A stretch of 42,503 nucleotides of DNA from an uncultured Ignavibacteria bacterium. Lineage in GTDB: Bacteria; Zixibacteria; MSB-5A5; UBA10806; 4484-95. Made by a program: the position numbers and the translations under genes. Every line of letters begins with the position of its first letter. Position 1 is the stretch's first letter. The stretch spans positions 1 to 42,503 of the forward strand of contig CAZTNJ010000003.1 of the NCBI GenBank assembly GCA_964614835.1, read 5' to 3'. Below, in pieces: positions 19,046-28,111 of this stretch. The notes beneath the pieces were generated by a model. That model was not told the origin of the DNA, made no database searches, and worked only from the letters and a program-made list of their open reading frames with translations.

Positions 19046-20014
19046 TTATAGTTTAAACTCTGAAGGTTCGGCGCGCAGATATTCGGTGGTGCGTTTTTTC
19101 TGGTCAAGATCGCGCCAGACATTCTGCACCTGTTCTTCAGTTAAATTCATTACTTTAGCGGTTTCGGCAATCGATACGTGATGTTCTTTGGCGTACCAGA
19201 GCAAATCCATAATTTTAAATTTAAGCCCATAGAAAAACTCTTCTTGAGTTTGCTCATCAGGATATGTATCTGTAGTCGGGGTTCGGTCCAGAATTCCCTT
19301 CGGCACTCCAAGGTACGCGCCCAATTGGAATACCTGCGTTTTAAACAGATGGGCAATCGGTTTGCAATCAGCGCCGCCATCGCCGTATTTAACGAAAAAT
19401 CCCTGATCGTGTTCGTTTTTATTGCCGGTTCCGATAACCGCGTAATTTAATTTTTCGGCATGATAGTAAAGTGTAAGCATCCTGATACGCTGCTTCATAT
19501 TCGAAGCCGCAACTATTTGAAGATATTCGGCAATAGGCAACCGCTTGGATATTGGTTCACCCCCGGGGGGAGTCGCGGTTAAACGGAATATGTTGAGCCT
19601 GTTTGACTCCATCAGGTTGGTCGGAAGCACGATTTTGGCTTTCCAGCCGGGGCCGTATTCGGGAAAAACTTTTCGGAACGCCTCGTCGCGGCGAGTATAA
19701 CAACCCATTCCTTCAAGCCCCTTACTGATGTCTTCGATGATATATTTGTAGCCATACGTTTTAGCCAATTCGATACCGAGCTTACTCGAATCGCCGGATG
19801 AATCCTTATCGGGCAAAAGTACGCCGAGCATTTTTTCGGGGCCAAATGCTCTGGCGCAGAGAGCCGCCACGACAGCCGAGTCTATCCCGCCGGAAGTCCC
19901 TACCACCGCGCCTGAACGCCGAAACCGGACATACACTTCATGGCGAAGAAATTCGACCAATTGATCGACAACTTTGGGACAATCGAGATTTAATATATCA
20001 GTGGAAAAAGCCAT
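19046..20014 (-). CDS. nadE: NAD+ synthetase-family PP-loop ATP-pyrophosphatase (NH3-dependent type, no glutaminase domain)
   Basis: PP-loop GTSGGIDSAV. NadE-like core AVIGTGNKNEHDQGFFVKYGDGGADCKPIAHLFKTQV and C-terminus TDTYPDEQTQEE..GL.F..MD. Its start overlaps the ligase stop as TAATG. Confidence 0.85.
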   Translation of the reverse strand: MAFSTDILNLDCPKVVDQLVEFLRHEVYVRFRRSGAVVGTSGGIDSAVVAALCARAFGPEKMLGVLLPDKDSSGDSSKLGIELAKTYGYKYIIEDISKGLEGMGCYTRRDEAFRKVFPEYGPGWKAKIVLPTNLMESNRLNIFRLTATPPGGEPISKRLPIAEYLQIVAASNMKQRIRMLTLYYHAEKLNYAVIGTGNKNEHDQGFFVKYGDGGADCKPIAHLFKTQVFQLGAYLGVPKGILDRTPTTDTYPDEQTQEEFFYGLKFKIMDLLWYAKEHHVSIAETAKVMNLTEEQVQNVWRDLDQKKRTTEYLRAEPSEFKL

Positions 20015-21552
20015 TACGACCTCGCTTTCTGTTTGTGCTGTTCGACCAATTCGAACTTCTTTATTTTTCCCGATGTGGTTTTAGGCAATGCCTCAATATC
20101 GATTATTTCGCCGGGGATTTTAAATGGCGCGAGATTGAGTCGAAGATGTTTCCGTAATTCCTTATGATCGATCTTTTCCTTTGTAACCAGGTACGCCACC
20201 AGCGCTTCTCCCAATATCTCGTCGGGAACGCCAATTACAGCCGATTCGACAACTCCTGGGAATTCGGCGATTACTTCTTCAATTTCTTTGGGGGAAATTC
20301 TATGGGCGCCGCTTTTTATCATATCGGAACTGCGGCTGACTACGAAAATATAACCATCTTCATCAACCGTGGCCAAATCTCCGGTGTGAAGCCCATCCGC
20401 TTTAAGGACTTTTTCAGTGGCTTCGGGATTATTCCAGTAGCCAACCATAATATTATCGCCTTGCGCCACAATTTCGCCGACCTCACCGGGTTTGCAGGGT
20501 TGACCGTTTTCATCGCGAACGGTCAGGGTGACCCCCGGAATAGCGCGACCGATAGAGCCGATTTTTTCCAACAGCCGTTCCGGTTCCAGATAAGACAGCC
20601 GCGCCGAGGCTTCCGTCTGGCCGTACATGATATAGATTTTCAGATGCGGCATCGCCTCCATGATTTTCTGGGTCAAAGCCGGAGTCATTGGGCCGCCGGC
20701 CTGGGTGATATAGCGTAAATGTTCGAAACGGTAGTTGCGGATATTAGATTTGTGCATCAGGATAGCGAAAGTCGATGGCACTCCCGAAAAGCCGGTAACC
20801 CGCTCCTGCGACATGATTTCTAAAATTACATTTGGATATGCGAAACGATTGTCGATTACAACGCTTCCGCCGCAGCACATGTGGGTTAATAGAAGTGAAT
20901 TGCCATAGGAATAGTAAAATGGCAAAATCGCCATCACCCGGTCTTCCGGTTTCAGTTCAAGGTACTTGACAATCGATGTCGTATTAGCGTGGAGATTTTT
21001 ATGCGAGAGCGTCACGCCCTTGGGTTTGCCCGTCGTTCCCGACGTATAAATTATTTGGGCGATATCTTCCTCTTTACGGCTAACATGAGGCCTACCGGGA
21101 TCGCCTTTTAACTGGATGTCGAGCCAGAACTTCTTTTCAATGTCTTTTGGGTAATGCTCGTATTGGCCATCGGAGATGATAAATTTCAGCGATGGAATAT
21201 CCTGGTAGATTTCTTTAACCACGCCCGCTGAATTTTTATTTAGAATCAAACCCGTTACCTCGCAATCGCCGAGAATATTGCGGAAATCGCGGATCGTTCC
21301 CTGGGAATTCAGACCAACGACAACGCCGCCCGCTTTAAGAATCGCGAAATAGGCGATAATGTAATTTATCGATGATTCCAATAAAAGCCCAACCCGATCG
21401 CCGGGCTTTAACTTGAAATCAAGCAATTGATTGGCCAGACGATTGATTCCCGCCTCTAGCTCAAGGTAGTTTATCCTGCCGCCAAGGTGAATGGCGGCGT
21501 CCTTATAAGGAAATCGTTCGGCATTCTGTTCCACGTATTCATGCAGAAGCAT
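20014..21552 (-). CDS. Adenylate-forming (ANL) ligase, DltA / acyl-CoA-ligase-like
   Basis: IIYTSGTTGKPKGV, YGQTEA, GDLATVDEDGYIFVVSRSSDMIKSG and a C-terminal TTSGKIKK motif. 512 aa. Confidence 0.9.
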   Translation of the reverse strand: MLLHEYVEQNAERFPYKDAAIHLGGRINYLELEAGINRLANQLLDFKLKPGDRVGLLLESSINYIIAYFAILKAGGVVVGLNSQGTIRDFRNILGDCEVTGLILNKNSAGVVKEIYQDIPSLKFIISDGQYEHYPKDIEKKFWLDIQLKGDPGRPHVSRKEEDIAQIIYTSGTTGKPKGVTLSHKNLHANTTSIVKYLELKPEDRVMAILPFYYSYGNSLLLTHMCCGGSVVIDNRFAYPNVILEIMSQERVTGFSGVPSTFAILMHKSNIRNYRFEHLRYITQAGGPMTPALTQKIMEAMPHLKIYIMYGQTEASARLSYLEPERLLEKIGSIGRAIPGVTLTVRDENGQPCKPGEVGEIVAQGDNIMVGYWNNPEATEKVLKADGLHTGDLATVDEDGYIFVVSRSSDMIKSGAHRISPKEIEEVIAEFPGVVESAVIGVPDEILGEALVAYLVTKEKIDHKELRKHLRLNLAPFKIPGEIIDIEALPKTTSGKIKKFELVEQHKQKARS

Positions 21553-21567
21553 AATTATCCTATCGAT

Positions 21568-21816
21568 TTACTTATTGAGTTTCCTTGTCACATAAGCGGT
21601 AAGACTCTGAACCGAATCAAGGTTTTTCGGAACCAGTTCATCGTCTTCGACAGTAATTCCAAACGTTTGTTCGATAAAACCGACCAATTCCAGTACGCCG
21701 GTCGAATCGATAATACCCTTATCAAGCAACGAGGCGTCGTCGGTTAATTCATCGGGCGCCCTGCCGAGCATGAAGTTATCGATTATAAATTCCCTGAATT
21801 GTTTCGCGATATCCAA
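21568..21816 (-). CDS. Acyl/peptidyl carrier protein (DltC-like)
   Basis: 82 aa with the phosphopantetheine site LLDKGIIDSTGVLELVGFIE. TTG start preceded by GGAGG. Lies 15 nt upstream of the ligase gene. Confidence 0.85.
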   Translation of the reverse strand: MDIAKQFREFIIDNFMLGRAPDELTDDASLLDKGIIDSTGVLELVGFIEQTFGITVEDDELVPKNLDSVQSLTAYVTRKLNK

Positions 21817-21843
21817 TTGGCCTCCAACTTCAATAATTAACTT

Positions 21844-23169
21844 CTATAGTATCGGTAAATAATTTTCCAGTTCATAACCGGTGATTGTTATCCGATACTT
21901 ATCCCATTCAACCTTTTTATTTTCGATAAGCTGATTAAAAACGTGCTCTCCCAGAGTCTTTTTCATCAACTCGGATTTCTCGAATTCTCTAATAGCGTTT
22001 TCGAGCGAACCGGGCAGGGTGTCGATATTATGCTTTCTGCGCTCGGCTTCGTTCATCTCAAAAATGTTCTCTTCGATCGGGTCGCCCAGTTTCAATCCTT
22101 TCTTAATGCCATCGTAACCGGAGGCGATCATTACCGCGAAAGCCAGATACGGATTGCAGGCAGGATCCGGGCTTCTTAATTCGACACGGGTGGCATTTTC
22201 TTTGCCGACACGGTACATCGGGATACGAACCAATGATGACCGGTTGCGCCTTCCCCATGATATATATACAGGAGCTTCATATCCCGGCACAAGTCTTTTA
22301 TATGAATTCACCCACTGGTTGGTAACCAGGCAGAATTCTTTGACATGGCCCAACAGCCCGGCAACATAACTCTTGGCTGTAGCCGACAAGTTATATTCGT
22401 CGTTTTTCTCATAGAAAGCGTTTTTGCCGTCCTTAAACAGCGATTGATGAACGTGCATTCCCGAACCGTTTTCGCCAAATATCGGTTTGGGCATGAAACT
22501 GGCATAAAACCCTTCTGCCAGCGCGATCTCTTTTACCACCAGACGATAAATCATCGCCGCATCCGCCATCTTAAGGGCTTCTTGATATTTCAGGTCGATT
22601 TCCTGTTGCGATGGGGCGACCTCGTGATGCGAACATTCTACTTGAATTCCCATATCTTCAAGCGCCGAGGCTGTTTTCTTGCGCATCTTGGTGGCGGCAT
22701 CGACTGTCGAATAGTCGAAATATCCGCCCCGATCGATTATCTGGGGATTTTCGCTGTTTTTGAAATAGAAATATTCCATTTCCGGGCCCAGATAAGCTTT
22801 AAATCCATCCTTGGCGATTTCTTTTAATTGTCTTTTAAGGATATAACGCGAATCGCCCTCATAAGGCTCGCCATGGGGAGTATAGATATCGCAGAAAATT
22901 ACGGCCACCCTCTCATCCCCCAGCTCCCATGGAATAATCGTAAATGTTTCGAGATCAGGTTTGGCCTCCAAATCAGATTCTTCAATTCGGACAAATCCCT
23001 CAATCGAAGAACCATCAAAACCCTGACCGTGCTCTAAAACCTCCGCGATTTCCGAACGGGTTATCGTCATCCCCTTCAGCCGACCGAGGATATCTGAAAA
23101 CCATAAACGGATATAATTTACTTTGTTTTTGTCAAGCAATTCAAGTACTTCTTCTTTGGTGCGTGCCAT
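21844..23169 (-). CDS. glnA: Glutamine synthetase, type I (short GSI-alpha form, 441 aa)
   Basis: DGSSIEGF, GPEMEYFYF, CSHHEVAPSQQEIDLKY, ENGSGMHVHQSL, NRSSLVRIP. AAGGAG lies 6 nt before the ATG. Confidence 0.95.
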   Translation of the reverse strand: MARTKEEVLELLDKNKVNYIRLWFSDILGRLKGMTITRSEIAEVLEHGQGFDGSSIEGFVRIEESDLEAKPDLETFTIIPWELGDERVAVIFCDIYTPHGEPYEGDSRYILKRQLKEIAKDGFKAYLGPEMEYFYFKNSENPQIIDRGGYFDYSTVDAATKMRKKTASALEDMGIQVECSHHEVAPSQQEIDLKYQEALKMADAAMIYRLVVKEIALAEGFYASFMPKPIFGENGSGMHVHQSLFKDGKNAFYEKNDEYNLSATAKSYVAGLLGHVKEFCLVTNQWVNSYKRLVPGYEAPVYISWGRRNRSSLVRIPMYRVGKENATRVELRSPDPACNPYLAFAVMIASGYDGIKKGLKLGDPIEENIFEMNEAERRKHNIDTLPGSLENAIREFEKSELMKKTLGEHVFNQLIENKKVEWDKYRITITGYELENYLPIL

Positions 23170-23312
23170 TTATTTCTCCTTACTTTAAAATATCCCGATT
23201 ATTCTTATTTATTATCGGCATCCATTGTTAAAAGTTTTTTACAAAATTCTCAAAATGGCTGAATTTTATTTCGGCCCTCTTTAATGTCTATTTGTGTCAG
23301 ATTTGTATAAAA

Positions 23313-24275
23313 TTAAATATACTGTTGGTGCCAGCCAATGGCACGCTGCAACCCGTCGCTTAGCGAAACCTTGGTTTGAAAGCCGAATAACGAATTCGCC
23401 TTTCGCAAGTCGGGCACCCGACGCCGGACATCCTCGTAACCGCCGCCAAAACTTTCGTAGGCGACATATTCAATCTTCGACCTCGACTCGGTCATTTGGA
23501 TTATTCTTTTCGCCAACTCGATAATGGAGATCTCTTCGGCAGACCCGATATTGATTATCTGCCCATTTGCCCGTTCCGATTCAAGCGCCAGCGCGATTCC
23601 TTCCACGGTATCGCTGATATAACAAAAGCTCCGGGTTTGCTCACCATCGCCGTGAACCGTGATTGGTAAATTTCTCAGCGCTTGTTCGATAAACACCGCT
23701 TGTGGCCCTCCCCACCAGGAACGGTGGTTCCCCGGGCCATAACTTCCAAAAAACCGCAAAACCGCTACCGGAAGTTCCCGTTCACTATGATACGATAATG
23801 CCAGATGTTCATCGAATACTTTAGAGGCCGCATAAGCCCACCTTCTTACCGTAGATTGCCCCAATACCAAATCGCTGGTTTCTGAAAACGGGGGACAGGG
23901 GTTTTTACCGTAAACATCTGAGGTTGATGCGATTACGGTCTTAAGCTTTAAGCCGGATGCGACCTCTAAGACAATTCTGGTGCCATCGTTATTAACCGTA
24001 AGTGTTTTTAAGGCATCGCCATAACGAGGGATTTTATAGGCGGCGAGGTGAACCAGGAAATTTGCATTCAGACAGGCTTTTTCCACGATACCCGGCGTAC
24101 GAATATCAGCATATATGAATTCGAATTTTCGATTTTGTTCGATTTCTTTGATGTTATTTTTATTGCCGTGGGAAAGATCATCGATAATTGTTACATCCCA
24201 GGCGCGGTTAATGTAATATTTGGCCAAATTTGAGCCGATAAAACCGGCTCCGCCCGTTATAACTACTTTTGGCAT
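23313..24275 (-). CDS. NAD-dependent sugar-nucleotide epimerase/dehydratase (extended SDR)
   Basis: VVITGGAGFIGSNL and catalytic YAASKVFDE. Its start overlaps the wecB stop as TAATG. Confidence 0.9.
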   Translation of the reverse strand: MPKVVITGGAGFIGSNLAKYYINRAWDVTIIDDLSHGNKNNIKEIEQNRKFEFIYADIRTPGIVEKACLNANFLVHLAAYKIPRYGDALKTLTVNNDGTRIVLEVASGLKLKTVIASTSDVYGKNPCPPFSETSDLVLGQSTVRRWAYAASKVFDEHLALSYHSERELPVAVLRFFGSYGPGNHRSWWGGPQAVFIEQALRNLPITVHGDGEQTRSFCYISDTVEGIALALESERANGQIINIGSAEEISIIELAKRIIQMTESRSKIEYVAYESFGGGYEDVRRRVPDLRKANSLFGFQTKVSLSDGLQRAIGWHQQYI

Positions 24276-25435
24276 TATTCGAAAAGGTTATTAGTTTTAA
24301 TCTTGCGCGTGCCCGGTTCAACCTGGGTAAATGATTTGGCGATAACATCCGCGATACGGGTAGCAGTATTCCCATCCCAATATTTCGGAATGGCAGTTCC
24401 CCTTGTCTTATTGGCAATAATCATCTCGGCAGTGGCGGTTATTTTTTCCGGGAATGGCCCCACGATTATATTGGTGCCTTCCTTAACGGTCACGATCCAC
24501 TCGGTATTTTTTCTGATAGTCAGGCAGGGGATACCCAGAGCGCTTGATTCGACTTGCATCGTTCCCGAATCGGTCATCAGCAAAGCAGCCCCTTTTTCGA
24601 GGGCCAGAAAATCGGGATACTTTGATAAATCGTATAGAATTAGACTGCGCTCATCGAAATTGCCCAATAAGCCGAATTTTTGGATATCTTCCTTTACCCT
24701 GGGATAGCAGACAAATACCACCGGTATTGTTCTGGCGATCTGGCGGGCCGCCGAAATTATCCCCTTTAGATTTTCGAAATGAGTGGTATTGGTCCGTCGG
24801 TGAAGCGACAACAACGCGTAGCCGCTTGGTACCAGCCCCAAAGATTCCGGGGTTCGCGACTTATTGGCCAGAGGCATGAATTTGTTCATGGCATCTATCA
24901 TTATGTTGCCGACAAAGAACACGTTCTCATCATTATTGCCTTCAGCCTTGATATTGGTATGAGCGTTGCAATCGGTTACGAAAAATATATCGCTGATGCT
25001 ATCGACCATTTTGCGATTTATATCAGTGCTGGACACATTCCCCGGGCATCGTAAACCGGCTTCGATGTGGGCAATCTTAATTCCATTTCGGGCGGCCGAA
25101 ATAGCCGTTCCGAGCGCCGCATCGGAGCCGCCACTTACTACAATCATGTCGGGTTTTAATTCGGAAAAGCATTTATCGGCCTCGATGATAGTCTGGGAGG
25201 TACATTCAGGATGCGCCCCGTTTTTAACGTTTAAATAAATTTGAGGTTTGGGCAATTTTAACTCGTCGAACAGATAAGCGGCATCCGCCCTTGAAAAAGG
25301 ACTGCCAGTATAAAGTACAATCGGTTCGAGAAAATCATAGTAGCGGGCAAAATTGTCGATTAAGGGAGAAATCTTAATCAGGTTTTTATTCGAGTTTACA
25401 ACAACTACGATTTTTTTTAATCCGCCCGAGTACAA
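24275..25435 (-). CDS. wecB: UDP-N-acetylglucosamine 2-epimerase family protein
   Basis: Family layout seen by eye: ..KPDMIVVSGGSDAALGTAISAARNGIKIAHIEAGLR.., ..LLSLHRRTN.., ..ALLMTDSGTMQVESSALGIPCLTIRKNTEW... 386 aa. Confidence 0.88.
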   Translation of the reverse strand: MYSGGLKKIVVVVNSNKNLIKISPLIDNFARYYDFLEPIVLYTGSPFSRADAAYLFDELKLPKPQIYLNVKNGAHPECTSQTIIEADKCFSELKPDMIVVSGGSDAALGTAISAARNGIKIAHIEAGLRCPGNVSSTDINRKMVDSISDIFFVTDCNAHTNIKAEGNNDENVFFVGNIMIDAMNKFMPLANKSRTPESLGLVPSGYALLSLHRRTNTTHFENLKGIISAARQIARTIPVVFVCYPRVKEDIQKFGLLGNFDERSLILYDLSKYPDFLALEKGAALLMTDSGTMQVESSALGIPCLTIRKNTEWIVTVKEGTNIIVGPFPEKITATAEMIIANKTRGTAIPKYWDGNTATRIADVIAKSFTQVEPGTRKIKTNNLFE

Positions 25436-25520
25436 TTGTGTCTCTCCTCTATCGATTATTGTCGGCGTAATTGACGGTTATTATAATCATTTAATCAATA
25501 TTCGCAAATCTAAAAAAAAC

Positions 25521-26423
25521 CTATTTTGTGGCGTTCTTAAGTTGAGCCATAATCCGTGGGATTTTTATAAAGTCGAATTCAAGTAAAAGCCGCGTTAATT
25601 TAAACTCGGCCCAGGTAAGGTTGCCGTAATTTTTTATATTGCTTATTGGATTCGTAACCTGGCGGGGGATATGGCGGTCAAATTCCCAAAGAGGGAAATT
25701 TAATACCGCGGGGATATTTTTGCGGTCGAATTCCCGAAGACATCGCCGTAAAAACCAGAGTGGAAACAACCTGATCTTCCCTGATTGCCCAAACTCCATT
25801 TTAATCCCGGCCAAATTACTTTTGCTTGGAGAAAAGATGGTGATATCGGAACCATCCTCAAACGAGACATTAAAAATATTGCCATCCGACCTTATCCTCT
25901 TGGGGAGCACATCGACCAAGCAATAACGATACCCCGCAGATGCCAATTTCTGAAGATATTGGGGCATCCCGCCGGGATTTCCCTTAAACATCGCCCCTAA
26001 AAAATGATTATCTGTGATTAACGCCAACTCATCTTTCAATTCTGTCAGATTGCTCTGGCATTTTCCACTGGTAAAGTCCAGGCAGATTCCGATTTCGTGT
26101 CCCCGCGAACTTACCAGCGATACCACTTCCGGGAAATCTTTTAACAAATCGGGTGTGATATAGAAATTCGTTTCAACCCTATGTTTATCAACGTGATCCA
26201 GCAAGTGAAGGATATTTGGAATCGCCCGAGAGCGGGCTCGCCCATTTGTTTGGCTGGGAAGAAAATCGTTTATTTCAACGGCCAGAATATGGGCATTCAC
26301 CTTTATTTCGCAAGGAAAGTAGCTTATTTCGCCCAGATTGTAGCCTATATTTTTTATTACTCTGTTGCTCATATTTTTACAACCACTTATCTTTTCCGGA
26401 AATTGCTCAATCAATATAATCAA
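25521..26423 (-). CDS. Divergent paralog of the DUF3473/NodB deacetylase, with catalytic motifs degenerate
   Basis: Aligns by eye to 18111-18935: ILAVEINDF vs ILSFDIEEHF, GHEIGICLDF vs KHEIASHGYEH, KIRLFPLWFLRRCLREF vs YFRLYPDFFIRRNIRKV, FPLWEFDRHIPR vs LHPWEFDPEQPR, IKNYGNL vs FRHYCNL. An alternative start exists at 26372 (MSNRV). Confidence 0.75.
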   Translation of the reverse strand: MIILIEQFPEKISGCKNMSNRVIKNIGYNLGEISYFPCEIKVNAHILAVEINDFLPSQTNGRARSRAIPNILHLLDHVDKHRVETNFYITPDLLKDFPEVVSLVSSRGHEIGICLDFTSGKCQSNLTELKDELALITDNHFLGAMFKGNPGGMPQYLQKLASAGYRYCLVDVLPKRIRSDGNIFNVSFEDGSDITIFSPSKSNLAGIKMEFGQSGKIRLFPLWFLRRCLREFDRKNIPAVLNFPLWEFDRHIPRQVTNPISNIKNYGNLTWAEFKLTRLLLEFDFIKIPRIMAQLKNATK

Positions 26424-26577
26424 TCGTCATTTCTCTATACAATATTAAATTTAATTGGGAATTATTGGGTTTCCCCGTTTTCGCCATAGCCTCTAAAATT
26501 TAGTTTGACCCAATTATATTTAGCCGGGTAGCCAATATTATATTTACACAATAGCAATAAGTTATTATTATTCAGCC

Positions 26578-27486
26578 ATGTTAAAAAGCGGCGGCAAGAT
26601 ATTATTAATTGTCAACCCTGTTAGTGGTAACGGCAAAGCATTAGATATGGTGCCCGAGGCCGAAAAATTTCTTTCGGATATAGGCGTCAAATGCGATATC
26701 CAAATTAGTGAAAATGCCGCCAGGGCAACCTCGCTGGCGTCAACCGCGGCTACATTAGGATATGCCCGGGTTATCGCTTTGGGTGGAGATGGCACCTGTA
26801 ACGCGGTGGCTGCGGGTATCTATAATTCTGATGTAGTAATGGGAATTATTCCCGGTGGGCGGGGGAACAATCTATTCCGTTCACTTGGAATAATGGGGGA
26901 CCTGGCCGAAATCTGTAAAACGGCAGCCGCCGGCTTGCCTAAATCAATAGATGTCGGGTTTGTTAATGATACATTCTTCATAAACAGTATTGGAGCAGGT
27001 TTCCCGGCGGTAGTAGCCGCAGAGATAAGCGGTAATTCAAGTGAAGGCGGCCTGGCTTATCTTAAGGCGATTTATCGAGCCTGGAAAAAATATAATAGCT
27101 ATAATATTACGGTTCGAATTGACAATCTTGAGATAAACCAGGATACGGCCATGATTTTCGCAAATATCGGTAAAATAACCGGCGGCGGTTGGCAGGTAAC
27201 GCCGCAGGCGGTCAACAATGATGGCAAATTCGATGTTTGCGTCGTTGAACATGTTAAAAAAACACAACTATTAACGCTGCTAAGTAAATTTTCACGGGCC
27301 AATCATGTCAGATTACCACAGGTTAGGATGTATCGGTGCCGACAGCTCGAGATTTCTGGCAATAAAGATTTGCCGACGCATTACGACGGCGAAATTTACG
27401 AAAATACCGGGGACCGTTTGATGGTGAAATGCGAGCCGCAGGCATTAAAGATAGCCATTACATTGGATAAGAACAATGCGAATTAA
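26578..27486 (+). CDS. Diacylglycerol-kinase-family lipid kinase (YegS/BmrU/LCB5-like)
   Basis: ILLIVNPVSGNGKA, VIALGGDGTCNAVA, GIIPGGRGNN, HYDGE. Confidence 0.88.
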   Translation: MLKSGGKILLIVNPVSGNGKALDMVPEAEKFLSDIGVKCDIQISENAARATSLASTAATLGYARVIALGGDGTCNAVAAGIYNSDVVMGIIPGGRGNNLFRSLGIMGDLAEICKTAAAGLPKSIDVGFVNDTFFINSIGAGFPAVVAAEISGNSSEGGLAYLKAIYRAWKKYNSYNITVRIDNLEINQDTAMIFANIGKITGGGWQVTPQAVNNDGKFDVCVVEHVKKTQLLTLLSKFSRANHVRLPQVRMYRCRQLEISGNKDLPTHYDGEIYENTGDRLMVKCEPQALKIAITLDKNNAN

Positions 27487-28111
27487 GGCGATTGTGATTT
27501 TGCTCATGCTATTGCTGGCTGACAGGGCGTTTACCGAAGACGGTCATCCGCAACCGTCTCCGACGCCAGGCCATGGAATTCAAGATGTCGCGACCGATTC
27601 CGTTCATAATGTCGATACAATAATTACGGCCGAAATCAAACAGCAAACATTCGTGCCAGATACGGGGTCTGAATTCACCCCCCCGACGCCTTCAACGAAA
27701 ATGATCAAGAAACCCTGGCCAACCGGGGCATTGTTCCGATCGGCGATAATACCCGGATGGGGACAGGTATATAACAAGCAATACATAAAAGCGGTAATTT
27801 ACGGCGGCACCGAAATTGCCCTGGCATATACAACCTCCCATTATTGGAAACAGATGGATACGCATCAAAAGAATTTCATGAATTCCACGGACAGAACTTA
27901 TCAGGCCCAGGAATATTTCTACTACCAAAATTCCCGCGACAACCGAAATCTATTTTTATGGTTAACCGGCTTAACATTTTTTATTTCAATTTTTGATGCC
28001 TATGTTGACGCCCATTTTGCCGATTATAACGTACAGGATAAGGCATTCGAGGCCTATCTTGCCCCGAAAAACGATGGGCTATATTTGTCGTTGAATTTTA
28101 CTTTAAAATGA
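27476..28111 (+). CDS. DUF5683 domain membrane/envelope protein
   Basis: Signal peptide. Signature LFRSAIIPGWGQVYNKQYIKAVIYGG and a later FISIFDAYVDAHF. Overlaps the kinase gene by 11 nt. Confidence 0.8.
   Translation: MRIKAIVILLMLLLADRAFTEDGHPQPSPTPGHGIQDVATDSVHNVDTIITAEIKQQTFVPDTGSEFTPPTPSTKMIKKPWPTGALFRSAIIPGWGQVYNKQYIKAVIYGGTEIALAYTTSHYWKQMDTHQKNFMNSTDRTYQAQEYFYYQNSRDNRNLFLWLTGLTFFISIFDAYVDAHFADYNVQDKAFEAYLAPKNDGLYLSLNFTLK

Noticed and set aside
23226-23243. TGTTA-N8-TTACA upstream of glnA, resembling a TnrA/GlnR box (TGTNA-N7-TNACA).
   Set aside because: The spacer is one nucleotide too long and the half-sites are an imperfect palindrome. That regulator family belongs to Firmicutes.
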